This document shows positions 1 through 15,100 of a DNA stretch of 64,000 nucleotides, in pieces. Each line of letters opens with the position of its first letter. The first letter of the stretch is position 1. The position numbers and the translations under genes are program-made. The notes beneath the pieces are model-generated. The model did no database searches and had not been told where the DNA came from. It saw only the letters and a list, made by a program, of their open reading frames with translations. Origin of the DNA: the human T2T-CHM13v2.0 reference genome, Homo sapiens; the NCBI RefSeq assembly GCF_009914755.1, contig NC_060925.1; one strand, written 5' to 3'.

Positions 1-250
<250 letters not shown>

Positions 251-342
251 GCATTTCTGCAGATTTTTTTATCCTGCCCCCAACCCAAAACTTAAGCAGA
301 GCCAAGTGTGGGATGCAGGTGCAGGAGAAGGCACGGGGAGGA

Positions 343-545
343 GCCTTCTGAGATGCCCAGACATTTACAAGGCTCGTACCAGGAAAAGAGGTGGGGACTT
401 CTGCAACACAGACGCACACCACATTCACAGAAAATGAAGATGCAGGAAAGAACCACGGGGAGACAGTGCTCACCCAGAGAACATGTGCAAGGAAAAGCAT
501 TCTCCTAGGCCCAGACAGAGCAACAGAGCCTGCCAAAAAGACCTG
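343..545. repeat. Dispersed direct repeat, copy 1 (paralogue of ~2845-3035)
   Basis: cttctgagatgcccagacatttacaaggctcgtaccagg...ggggacttctgcaacacagacgcacac aligns with 2845-2948 at roughly 85% by eye. Minus-strand ORFs share [11 protein letters not shown] / NVVCICAAEVP. Confidence 0.85.
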
Positions 546-2249
546 CGCAGTAGAGGAAAAGGATTGAGGGAGGTAAGTTCTAACTCAGAGAGCACACTCT
601 AAGGGCTGAAAAGAGTTGAGATAAGGCCTTAAAAATTCTCCCATAGGTAAAAGAAAAAGCCAAAGTTTCTTCAAGCTAATCAAGTATGTAATTAGGAGAC
701 AGTCTATGCAAACACTGCATACCCAACACACACACCCGACAGTAAATATTTGATCAAAATATCAGCTCCCATTATTTCTGTTTGGGGATTCTCTTGAACA
801 ATTTCCCCCCACTGCCATCCTGCTTTCAATTCTCTAAATTACTGGGGGATTGAAGTGACCAAATAATGCAGACCCACAGGGAATCCAAACTTCTGGTTTC
901 TGCTATTTCAAATACCCTCTCCCAAGTTTCTCCACTAGACCCCTCTCTTACAAAATAGTCCACAGATTGATATATTAGAATCTCCTCCTATACCTGCCTC
1001 CCCTTTCATGCCTCTGGGCACCAGGGAAGCCACTGAGAACCAGCAGAAGTACGCAAACGAAGCCAGAGAAGACAATAATATAAACTAAAAATCTAGATTA
1101 TCCCAACATATGTTACAGACACTGGAGAATGCAAAGTTAAAAACCAAAACTTTTACCATTGCTTCCCAGACGGGTGTGCTCTTCTTCCTCCATCATACCT
1201 CTTTCTGCGCCTTTCAGGTCTCATCTATTCATCCATCCATCCATCCATTTATCCATCATCCACCATGCATCAATGCACCCCTATTAAGCACCCTCTCTTG
1301 TTTGCTCATAATGTGGTGGACACTATGAAGATACACAGGGTTCTGGGTCTCACCCAAGATTATAAAGAACAATTAGACAAGGAAGCATCTAATGAAGGGA
1401 TGATGGATGGTACAATACCTCACTTATGCCCTCAGAATTCAGAGGAGACAGACAGAATGAGAACAGTAAGAGCTGTTGAGGGTAGGAAGGAGAACTTGGT
1501 CCTCTCTGTAGTCATAGCACCTACCACAGGGCTCCCAGGGACTTGCCTGTTCAGTGATGAATACCTAGAGAAGGTGCAGTTTCTAGTGGAAGGACAGTAG
1601 GATTTGGCTAGGACAGAGAGCATCCCAGAACTGGATACAGCAGGAGCCAATGCTGTGGGATCCAGGTGTGCCCAGGAGGGCCAGCCCTCCGGTATATATC
1701 GAAGCCCCAGGACCAAGTGGTTGGAAAGTACGGCTGCTCACATCTGCTGTATACCACAGAAATTTGGGGGATGGCTCCACTTTTGTGACCCTACTTCTCC
1801 TAACTCTTTTCCCAAGATATTGCATTCATCAGAAACTCAAGTCTTAGATACAGAAAACCAGTGAAAAGTTAAGTAAATCTTAACTGAACTCCCAGGAAGT
1901 GATGTAAAGTTTTAAACATTTTCCCCTATTCAGATATATCATTGAGCAGTCTCCAAATGTCTCTTTGCTCTAGTTCCATATGTTATCTTTCCCAGATTTC
2001 TCTCATATAGGTTCTTACCCTACTTGATTCAGCAACTTAACACGAGGTTCCGTTTTTCCTCTCTAGGCTTCATTTAATTTTCTCCTCTACTAATTATCAT
2101 AATCTCCAGGTGTGCACATGTGCATGGATACATCCGTGTGTGCACACATGCTACGAGAGTGAGCAAGCCATAATCTAGAAATGTCCTTAGACGAGAAAAA
2201 GACTGCAAGTATGTGACCTTGCTGATTCTTCTTTGAATCCTGTCACACT

Positions 2250-2450
2250 AAGTTTGGATTCCAGAGCCACCCTTCTTTTGCATGTGACCTGGAACGAATC
2301 ACATAACTTTTCTATGTCTCACTTTTCTCATCTGTATAGTGGGAAAACAACTGCCTCTTTGGGTTGATGGGGGTGGGGAGTGTTCAATGAGACAATGGAA
2401 ATGAAGAAGAAAACATAGCATGACCCTAGGAGGTGTTGGATAGATTTCAG
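2250..2450 (+). mobile_element. MIR SINE remnant
   Basis: Core motif tgtgacctggaacgaatcacataactttt...ttttctcatctgtatagtggg. Confidence 0.6.
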
Positions 2451-2844
2451 CTATCGTTTTGATGACCGTTCTCCAGGTCCTGATCAAGCAGCAAGCCTGC
2501 AGACGGCACGCTCCCCTTATCCCACCAGCCTCAGGACATGGGCTCCAGATCTTCAGTGACACAAAGTGTGAGGGAGCAGAGCACATATTGAGGGAAGGGA
2601 CAAGGATCTGTTAAGTGGAGCAAAGGGTCTGAGCAGGTATTCATGGGGAAACAAGATTTAGTCTACAGTATAAGTACCCCATTTGGTGGTTGCCCTTCTC
2701 TTCCAGAATCTTCACCTTTGTGACACGTGCCCACAATGAATCATGTCCTCAAGGCAGTCCTGGGTGGTTATGGCTCATGGTGACTTTTACCTGTTGTTTT
2801 GTAAAGTGAGCTGCGTCTTTTTGAGGCAGGCTATGTTCCCTGGA

Positions 2845-3035
2845 GGCTTCTGAGATAACCAGACATTTACAAGGCTCCTACCAGGGTAAGATGTGGGGGA
2901 CTTCTGCAGCACAGATGCACACAACATTCAAAGGAAAATAAGGATGCAACACATCACCAGGAGGAGATGATGCCCACCAGGAGAACACATGAAAGGAAGG
3001 GCATGCTGAGGCTGACAAGCCAAGGAAGCACCTAC
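2845..3035. repeat. Dispersed direct repeat, copy 2 (paralogue of ~343-545)
   Basis: cttctgagataaccagacatttacaaggctcctaccagg...ggggacttctgcagcacagatgcacac, about 2.5 kb from copy 1. Confidence 0.85.
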
Positions 3036-3104
3036 AGGAGCAGGGATTTGACCGACAGGGAAGTTGCCCAGCATTTATGCACATTAGCCTATTGCATGGT
3101 GGTT

Positions 3105-3260
3105 CCACCCTATTGAGGCAGGTGTCATTATTGCCATGACAGATGGAAGACTGAGGATCAGCAAAATCACTTATTTGCTCATAGTGGTAATGGCCTGTAG
3201 GTGGTAGGACTGAGGTTCAAACTCAGTGTGTTCTGGCTCTCTGGTCTTATTCTTTGAAAC
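3105..3260 (-). mobile_element. MIR SINE remnant
   Basis: acagatggaagactgagg...ggactgaggttcaaactcag is the antisense MIR core. Confidence 0.6.
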
Positions 3261-5639
3261 ACAGCAAGTGGTCTTACATTGCTAGTGGCTAGGAGAAGCA
3301 TAATGCCCGGACCCTGTCCTTTGAGAGTTTACCATCCACTGTTTCACTAGAAAGGCAGAGCTAGGCACGTTCGCAGTCACACACTTACACTTGTATGTAC
3401 ACAAATATACTCATGCATGTTTTTACATCATTTGATGTAGACATCAAAATAATATCTACGCCTCTCAGACTGACATTGAGCGTTGAGAGTGGAAGCTGGG
3501 GTCAAGTCCTAGAGGCCCCCTGCTGTGGATGCATCAGCCTCCTTATATCCTTATGGTGTGGGGGGCTGCGTAAGCAACCAGGGTGGTGCCAGGGCATGAC
3601 AGGAAGGGAAGTTGGTGTGGCAGCCATTGGCCACCTATTACAAAATATTTTTAATATTTTTAAAACCATGGATTCAGTAACATCTGTGCAGACCGGCATG
3701 TAACTTCTGAATATCAGCCCTGTGCACACTCACTCTTGCACATTCACACGTTTGTCCACATACACTCATATTCCCACAAATATACAGCTCATTAACCCTC
3801 ACATGAGAGCTCACCACACACCAACACACACTCACATGCGGTCAATCACACTCAAGTATGATTACACCCACTGACACACACTCACAGACACCCAGATGCA
3901 CACACACACTCACACTGTCATTCCCACTGTTGAGCATGGCCCCAGAACATCAAATCCAGCTCTACTCCTGTGACCTAGTGACTTGTCCTCTCCCCTTTCT
4001 CCAGGCCTCTGCCACATTCCAGCAAGGATGTCTCACCATCTGGCTTGAGTGAAATTTCCACAGAACAGAGGTCTCAGGATGAAGAGTGTGATGCTGAGGG
4101 CTTCGAAGGGGGTATGCCTTCATCAGAGAAGTGCTTGTATACATATTCTCTTTATTCTGCTCCAAACAAAGAAATTCCATGGAAGATGGCATGGTAGGGT
4201 GCAGGAAAGAGAGTACCTACACATCTTGGAGTGTGACAGACCTGGGCTCAAATCTCCTCTTCCTTACTTTTGTATTAATCTTGGCCAACTTAACCTTTCT
4301 AAGCTAAAAAATGAGAATAACTTGAACTTCAAGTCCTAAATTTGAAGCTCAGAGTTTCTGACAGCAGTGGTGTTCTATCTTTCCCTCATGCCCTCCTCCA
4401 CAAGCCCCAGGGAAAGGGAACCCCACTGCTAGATGCACATCCTGCTGTGTATGCCCAGGTTGTGGGGAGCAGGGGGACCCTAGCTGGTAATGGATTTCTG
4501 CAATGAAGCTTCAGCACTCGGCAGTCAGTCATCCTTTGAAGGAAGCCCTGCCTGTGGGTGCGGCCAGCTTCAGTGTGCTCCACCATCTCCTGCAGGTTTG
4601 TACGTGTGCCCTGGCAATCTGACATTCCTGGGAGAATCACAGATGCCTGGCACTGAAGACGCCCTGGGCGTGGCTTATACCCACCTATGCTGAAACTCCT
4701 CCCAGTCACTTTGGGGCTATCAGTTCGGCATGCCATGTTTAAGTGTGTTATTGTTGTCTGGGGGTCTTGTTCATACGCAGAGAACAGTCATTGTTTTACC
4801 CCAGACTCCTGACCCTTGATATTTGGTCCTCTGTCTTCTGGAATTTTTATGTCAACTCTCAGGAATTAGACTATGCAGCTTCCATCTCACTCTTAAATAA
4901 AATAAAAAGGGAACCATTTTCCCTGTCCTGGGCTCTCCAGGCAGCCCTTTGGCTCAAGTCTCCTCTGCCACCAAGGGCCGATGATGTGTGTGACATGAAT
5001 GCTCATCTTCGGTGGACTTAGGAGACACTGGAGCTCTGAATTAGGAGCACTGGACAGAGTATATGAGAGCTGAGTATTGTCTTAGTTATTCTGCTGTTCT
5101 TCTGCGGGACCCAGGACAAGTCATTCCCTTTTCCCAGTGTCCTCACCTGTACATGACAATGTTGGACTTCCTGAACTATTTCTAAGCTTCTTTCAGTTCT
5201 GACTCTGTATGAGGTGACTCACGCTAATCTTTGTGTTTAATCTCTTCGCCTAATGATTCATCATCATGGAAAACCCTAAAAGAGGTAAGTCTGGGGTTGA
5301 AGGCCACCAGATGCTTCTGCATGGAGGCGTAGAGAAAGCTTAGCTAAAACATGCATCTGTATTTGAAGAGCACTCGGGCTTAGGACTAACTTTCCTCCCT
5401 CCAGGGAACCAACACATCCACCTTCCGGGGCCAGGTGTGTGTGTGTGTGTGTATGTGTGTTTAAGCAGCAATTTACTACTATAAGCAAGACACTATACTG
5501 GGATCTTAATACTTATCTTATATAATATACATTACTACCATATAAGTAAAAAATTTAATTTTGCAAATGAGGAAAGCAAGAACCAAAGAGGTTATAAACT
5601 TTGCCAGCTGAAAGAGCTGAGAGTCAAATATAGATCATT

Positions 5640-6050
5640 CTTGGCACAGAAAGACAAATACCACATGATCTACTTATGTGTGGGATCTAGAAAGTCAAAC
5701 TCATGGAAGCAGAAAGTAGAAGGGTGGTTACCAGAGGCTGGGCATTGGGGAAGGACTGGGGAGATATTGGTCAAAGCAATATAAAATTTCAGTTTGATAG
5801 GAGGAATAAGTTCAAGAGATCTATCCTACAAGTGATGACTACAGTTAATAATGTATTATACACTTGAAAGTCACTAAGAGTAGATTGTGTGTTCTCCCCA
5901 CAAAAAAAAAAATCGTATGTGAAGGTACACATATATTAATTAGCTCAATTTAGCCATTCCACAATTTATGCATATTTCAAAACATTCTGTTGTACACAAT
6001 AAAGATATACCACATTTGTCAATTAAAAATAAATTAAATAAAATTCCTTT
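5640..6050 (+). mobile_element. L1MA-type LINE-1 3' end
   Basis: ggcacagaaagacaaataccacatgatc...gtggttaccagaggctggg...ataggaggaataagttcaagagatcta followed by an A-rich tail. Confidence 0.8.
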
Positions 6051-6220
6051 AAAAATTTAAAAAGAAGAAAAAAGTCAACATTAGAGAAACTGGAAGGATA
6101 TATAAAACCGCTTTGTACTATTTTGCAATTTTTCTGTAAACCTAAAATTATTCCAAAATAAAAATTTGTTAAAAATAACAAACAAATATAGATCTGTCTT
6201 TCATATAGGCCCACCCTTTT

Positions 6221-8289
<2,069 letters not shown>

Positions 8290-9095
8290 AGGCCCACCCT
8301 TTTGACTATGGTTCCCATGGCTAAGCTGAATATTTTCCAAGGCAGGCAGGGCTGAGGTTTTTCTCATCTACATTTCATTGCACTAGTTGAAAGGGAACTC
8401 TGGGTATGTCTAATGCAACGCCTAGATGCAGGTTATGGCCTCCGTGGAGCTGGCCATATCTTGCTCCTCATATGGCCTTTATCTTGCTCCTCATAGCCTG
8501 GAGGAAATAAAATATAAATGGTGAAACAAGTGTGCATGCTAGGGCTTCTCTGATGGGAAAGGGTGAGAGGTCAGTGATTTTTAAGAGTGATAGGAAGCAG
8601 TAAGCCATATTCCTTTTGTCTTCATTGAATTCCCTATTCCATTCTTAGCATAAGACTAGATTTAGGTGGTGTCCTCTGCCTTGGCACCCTGAGAGCAAAG
8701 TGTGTGTGTATGCATATGTGTGTGTGCATGCATGTCTTCATGCCTGTACATGTGTTCATCTGCATGTACATATGCATATGTGCATGCTATTGTCTTTGTG
8801 AACAATCAGGAAAGTGTCACCAGCAACCATAATCTTAATAGTTTCCCAATGGTCTTCCATCGTGCCCTGTTATCACTGCGGCCCCCTGTGAGGAGAGTTG
8901 TTAAATTAGAATCTTGGGGGTTTTTTGTTTGTTTTTTAAGGTGCTCATTTTGATTCTCCTTAGTACAGACTGGGAGCAGTCAATAGAATAGTGCTGGCTT
9001 TGCCATCCCAGGGGGCAGGTGCCCCTTGGTTGTAAGGCAGGTAGCAGAGAACAGTGGGTAAAGTAGGAGAGACCAAATAAAACAGCAGGCACCAG

Positions 9096-9638
9096 TGTCA
9101 GATGCATATGAACCAGAGCAACTCCATCTTGAATAGGAGCTGGGTAAAATGAGGCTGAAACCTACTGGGCTACATTCCCAGACAGTTAAGGCATTCTAAG
9201 CCACAGGATGAGCTAGGAGGTGACCACAAGATACAGGTCATTAAGACCTTGCTGATAAAATACCTTGCAGTAAACATGCCGGCTAAAACCCACCAAAACC
9301 AAGATGGCCACAAGAGTGACCTCTGGTCGTCCTCACTGCTACACTCTCACCAGTGCCATGACAGTTATAAATGAATGGCAATGTTAAGAAGTTACCCTAC
9401 ATGGTCTAAAAGGGGGCAGCATGAATAATCCACACCTTGTTTAGCATATAATCAAGAAATAACCATAAAAATTGGCAACCAGGAGCCCTCGGGGCTGCTC
9501 TGTCTATGCAGTAGCCATTCTTTTATTCCACTACTTTCTTAATAAACTTGCTTTCACTTTACTCACCCTGAATTCTTTCTTGCACAGGATCAAAGAACCC
9601 TTTCTTGGGGTCTGGATCGGGGCCCCTTTCCTGTAACA
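9096..9638 (+). mobile_element. MER41A solo LTR (ERV1)
   Basis: TG...CA ends, 4-bp TSD ccag (9092-9095, 9639-9642), typical start tgtcaga...gaaccagagcaactccatcttgaatagg and AATAAA at 9541. Lacks the GAS-bearing segment of MER41B. Confidence 0.85.
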
Positions 9639-11919
9639 CCAGCACCTTGTAAAAAGATGTACCAAGGCCAGGTAGAGCCTCATGACTCACCTGCAGATGC
9701 CGATAGAAGGACACCTGCAGCTCACAAGGGCTGATAACAAGCTCCTTCTATCTCCAGATTGGGCCAAGAAGGGCTCTCTGGCCCAGGGCTAGAAGCCAAA
9801 GGAGTCTTTGCAAGAAGACGACTAGGGTCTGAGTGGTAATTACAGCAGTCTGTGTGAGAACTCTCCACTACCTTAAATAATTTAAAGATAATCCTCTGAG
9901 GTTGGCAATGGAAATCACCCCTGAGACAGGATCTGTGGGAGTTCAGCACAATTCATGCTTCTCAAGAAATCTCCACTTGGAGATTTCTTGCTAACTGTGG
10001 CTTCTTTTTTTAAAAGTCCTTGCTTCAGAACTAAAATGAAGCCAGAGTAGCCTTCAAACAAAAAACATACCAAAGGCTCAGTCACAACCAAAGGTCAATG
10101 GGCATAGAGGTGATATGTGGCCAGATTATCTGGTCAATAAGCATGGTTTACTCATTTTCAGCACAGGCTTCACTGCAAGGGTGTCTTCCTGGCAAGCCCC
10201 TGTCCTGCCTTGACGAGGCCAAAGCCACCATATCCTCACAACCCAGGAGCACACGCAAGCATCTCCCGGCCTTCCAAAGCTAGAACAGCACTTCATACTT
10301 CTCCCTGCTCCTTCAACAACAGTGGTTAGTGATGGTGGTGGTTCTTAAAGGGAAAAGATGGCAGAGATCTTTGCTCAGGTATCACCTTGTCCAGAAGCCC
10401 AGGGGAGATTTAAGTGTCCTACAGCCTTCCCTGGGTGATGTCTAGTGGTAAGTTGCACTTAGCTGGCCAGGAATTGTCACACTCTGTCTAAATCACTTGG
10501 TCACTTGTCTCCTTGTCCCAGTCTCACCACCTGCTTGTTCCCCAAACACAGGGAGTGACACTTAGAGGTCCTTACAGGTGTACTGATGGAGAACCTGCAT
10601 GTTCAAACTACTGCTGGGTTTCGGAGGAAGTGGCCTCACCCTAGCTTGGGGGTGGCCGCTTTCCCCAACACAGCCTCCGGCCAAGGCCTGCTCTCTGTAC
10701 ACACCATTTGTCTGTGCAGCAACCCCCTCCTTCTGCACTCTACCATCTCTGCGGCTCACTCACTCCCCGAAAGAACCGCATGGCATCGGGCGGCCTATGC
10801 CTCCTGAGCCCTGCCTGTCCACAAGCCCTGTGCTGGAAGGTGCAGTCAACAGGCATGGAGAGCTTATGGTTCCCGAGAGAAACAGTGTGACTCAGTCTAA
10901 GTTATTTGAGCCAAACTAACTCAGGCTTGATTCATTTACCAGCTACACAACTTGGGGCAAGTTACCCTCTCTGGGCTTCAGTTTTCTTATTTACTAAACA
11001 GAGGTGGTGCTTCTCCTCCTACAGAGACCGGGGCTACAATGTAGCTGCTGTTTAGTAAATGGAATCCATTGCAGGGAGAGCTCCTGCTCTCTTCCCAGGT
11101 TGACTTGCCTGAACTCCACGGAACCCTTCCTAATTTCCCACCCCTTGCAATGACTGAAGCCAGCCCGTCTGCATCGAGCCCCAATGACGCCTGTACCTGG
11201 CAAAGGGACCAAGGCACTGGTTCCAATGGGGAGGTTACTGGCACCTCCTCCGACAGGAGTGTAGTCCAGCTTGAATGGCTGTGGGAATAGGAGGAGTGCC
11301 AGCTGAGGGCTCTATGGCCCTGTTTCTCTGCCTGTACAGTGAGGTACAGAGATCACTAAGGTCTCAGCTGGGTCCAAGGGTCCCAGGTCCTGTGGGTCCT
11401 GTGGGTCCTGTGGGTCAGCCAACAGCCTCCTGCGGCAAGAACTCCGCTGAAATTAGAAGCAGGTGCACCGGCTTAGCCCTGCCCAGCAGGTAGCGCTCTG
11501 CCCTAACCGCCTGGAGGGCTGACTTACGTGGTTTGACGCAAGGTTTCCTGGGTCAGAGTGAGGAAGGAGATGGTTTATTTAGCTTCCCCACCACAGACAA
11601 AAAGTTATTAGTAGAAAAATGTCAGCTGCCCACAAATAGTTTTTGTCATGTACTGTGTATGCCCAGGCTGGCTTCTCCATATTCCCTTCCCCTCTCTCTC
11701 CTCTTGTATCCCCCACCTGTACACACGCAGTCACATAGACGTATGTGCACACACACAAACACACACACACACACACGTGGGCCCATACACACACCTAAGT
11801 CGCTGTCTTAACTGCCGGTAGCATACACTGGAATTAAGCACTTACCTTCCCTTTGGCCAGTGTCAAGCAAAACTAGGAGGGAAATCTCCCTGGGAGAAAA
11901 AAGTCAGTGCTTGTATGTG

Positions 11920-12295
11920 CCAGTACATCAGTCAGGATAGGCTAAGTTACGCCTCGGTAACCAATGAACCACAAATCCCAGGGGCTTAAAACATAGGCTT
12001 ATTTATAACCTTTGTTTTTATCCTGCATGTCCACTGAGGATCAGCTGCAGCCCTGCTGCACATTAATTGGATTTCAGGATCCAGACTGACAGAGCAGCCT
12101 GGGTCTGGAACATGGTCAGTCCTCCGAGGAGAGAGGAAAGAGGGCATAGTGAACCATGGCTCTTAAGGTTTACATCTTATGGACAAAGCAAGTCACATGG
12201 CCAGGGCTGCCATCAGCAATGCGGCAGGGAAATGTGCTCCCTGGGGAAGAGGGGAACAGGCAGCAAACTGTTTATGAACAATACGACAGTTTACC
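11920..12295 (-). mobile_element. MLT1-family (MaLR) LTR remnant
   Basis: cagtcaggataggctaagttacgc...ggcttaaaac...caggatccagactgacagagcagcc...aaagcaagtcacatggcc. Confidence 0.6.
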
Positions 12296-12699
12296 TCACC
12301 CACCGCAGAGATTGCTGTATTATCTGCCCCTTGGAATTACCGATCCCAGCATTGCCTTTTTTTGAACTGTAGACGTCATCTTAGGCAACCCAAGCAAGCT
12401 TTGTCAACTTCTCCTGTGTGCCAGCAGCTCTAAGGCACTGAGTGGAGGGAGGGAACCAAGAGTGAGAAAGATAGGCCCCTGCCTTTAACAGGCTCATAAC
12501 TGAGCAAGGAAGAAAAGCTCAGAAACATATTAGAGGCATGAAATGAAACATATTAGAGGTAAGTTTGCCATGAGCCACAGAGACAGAAGGGCCTCAGGAG
12601 TGTCTAGCAAACTGCACTGTTCCACATCAGGCAAGCAGGTGTAAGTTCTCCTTTACAACCACATTGTGGGAGAGTCTACACTTATATGTACTCTCTGGA

Positions 12700-13369
<670 letters not shown>

Positions 13370-14064
13370 TATTCTTCTTTATTTTAATTTAAATTGTGAG
13401 TCTTCTCAGAGTGGGGCCATGTGTGAAGGGCCTTTTATACCATGTAAAAAACTGTGGACTTTTTTCTGAGGCCTGAAGGAGTCACTGACGGGTTTAGGCT
13501 TGGAGTGGCTTGTTTACCATGGATACAAGGTATAGTCCTGCCTCTTCCCTTCTCATCCAGCTCAGGAGGGATGAATATGCCACATGGTCTATTTGTATTT
13601 CAGCCTACTGACTACATACAAGGCCAGTCTCAATGCCCAGTAGCAGCTGCGCAGATCTCTGGGTCCTGGTCGTGAACTCAGTGTCTCAGTGCTCACATGG
13701 CACTGTCTGAAACTGATTCTGGCAGACTTTGCTTGATGCAGCTGATTCCCCAGAAGGTTTCCTGGCCAGAGGTCAGGGCACTGACTTGACAGACTGGCCC
13801 AGCTTGTGGTATCAACTAATTTGTCTGTTTGATTTGGTTTCTTATCTCAGCCACCATCACTGACCTGAGGGACAATCAGAGCCCCAGCTCTTCATTCCCA
13901 GGGCCCAAAGCCTGGGGAATAATCAGGCTCCCCACTGGTTAGTGTCATCAGCAGAAATGTCCTGTTGCCCAACCATCTTCTTCCAGGAAGAGAGCTACTC
14001 TCCCTCCATGGCTACTGTGGCTGGTCTTTAGTTGACATTACATCCACTGAGCTTGGTTGACCAG

Positions 14065-14545
14065 TGACAAAGATTCTTTGCTTGACCAAACTTTAGTCAG
14101 GCTCCTGAAACTTCTTCTAGGCTTACCTGTGTACTTGCTTGTAAATTCAGTTTTAGCCAAGAACCAACCTTACTAAGTTTACCAAGAACCACCCACCCTC
14201 AATGTCTGATTACCCTTGATATATAATCAGGTTCCTTGACCTCCTCCATCCCCCATGTGAAGTCTGATCACCCTGGCTTATCTTCAGCAAGAATCCTGTT
14301 GGGTTTTTTTAGCCACAATTCTTCTTAGCTCTACTGTTTCCTCTTAGTCACTTTTCATCCACTGACTCCCACCCTGCTCCTTGGCTATAGATTCTCATTT
14401 GCCCATGCTGTATTTGGAGTTGAGCTCAACCTCCCCTCTGCTGAAAATCCCATTGCAATGGTTCCTATATCTATCACAATGGTCCTGAATAGAGTCTTTC
14501 CTCAACACATGCAACAAGTGTCATTGAAATGTTTTTTCTTTGACA
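14065..14545 (+). mobile_element. MER31-type solo LTR (ERV1)
   Basis: Starts tgacaaagattctttgcttgaccaaactttagtcaggctcctgaa and ends ttctttgaca; flanks ccag / ctag form an imperfect 4-bp TSD. Confidence 0.7.
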
Positions 14546-14574
14546 CTAGAAATGAAAATCACAGGGAACTCCTA

Positions 14575-14628
14575 AGAGAAAGCAAGAAAGCAAGAAAGAA
14601 AACAAGAAAGCGAGAAAGCGAGAAAGCG

Positions 14629-14679
<51 letters not shown>

Positions 14680-14709
14680 AACGAAAGAAAGAAAGAAAGA
14701 AAGAAACGA

Positions 14710-14773
<64 letters not shown>

Positions 14774-14780
14774 AGGAAAA
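14575..14780 (+). repeat. (GAAA)n microsatellite, ~200 bp
   Basis: Long GAAA array with a few interruptions. Confidence 0.97.
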
Positions 14781-14800
14781 AATTAAGAAATAATTGTCCA

Positions 14801-15100
14801 GGCCAGGTGCAGTGGCTCATGCCTGTAATCCCAGCATTTGGGGAGGCTGAGGTGGGTGGATCACTTGAGGTCAGGAGTTTGAGACCAGCCTGGGCAACAT
14901 GGTGAAACCCCATTCTACTAAAACTACAAAAATTAACTGGGTGTGGGGGTGCATACCTGTGGTCCCAGCTACTCAGGAAGCTGAGGCAGGAGAATCGCTT
15001 GAATCTGGGAGGTAGAGGTTGCAGTGAGCCAAGATCATGACACTATACTCCAACCTGGGCTACAGCTTGAGACTCCACCTCAAAAAAAAAAAAAAAAGAA
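14801..15100 (+). mobile_element. AluS SINE
   Basis: Full dimer with poly-A. TSD aagaaataattgtcca (14785-14800) / aagaaataactgttca (15101-15116). Confidence 0.92.

Noticed and set aside
2978-3031. VLPWLVSL resembling PGLYRP signal peptides
   Set aside because: A four-residue match with no start codon, not preserved in the paralogous copy.
3500-4700. Minus-strand TATA-like words (GATATAAGG at ~3545; GTATAAG next to CCACGCCC at ~4672)
   Set aside because: No convincing donor at the 74-77 nt spacing seen in the real SPRR genes; cannot be supported without CAGE data.
8451-8495. 22-23 bp tandem duplication (tggcc..tatcttgctcctcata x2)
   Set aside because: Ordinary slippage duplication with no functional context.
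11380-11418. Collagen-like GPVGPVGPV peptide
   Set aside because: Only three copies of a 9-bp repeat (ggtcctgtg), with no exon context.
14458-14913. K/E/R-rich and F/L/S-rich ORFs; similar ORFs at 51046-51484 and 30343-30648
   Set aside because: Translations of microsatellites and low-complexity tracts.
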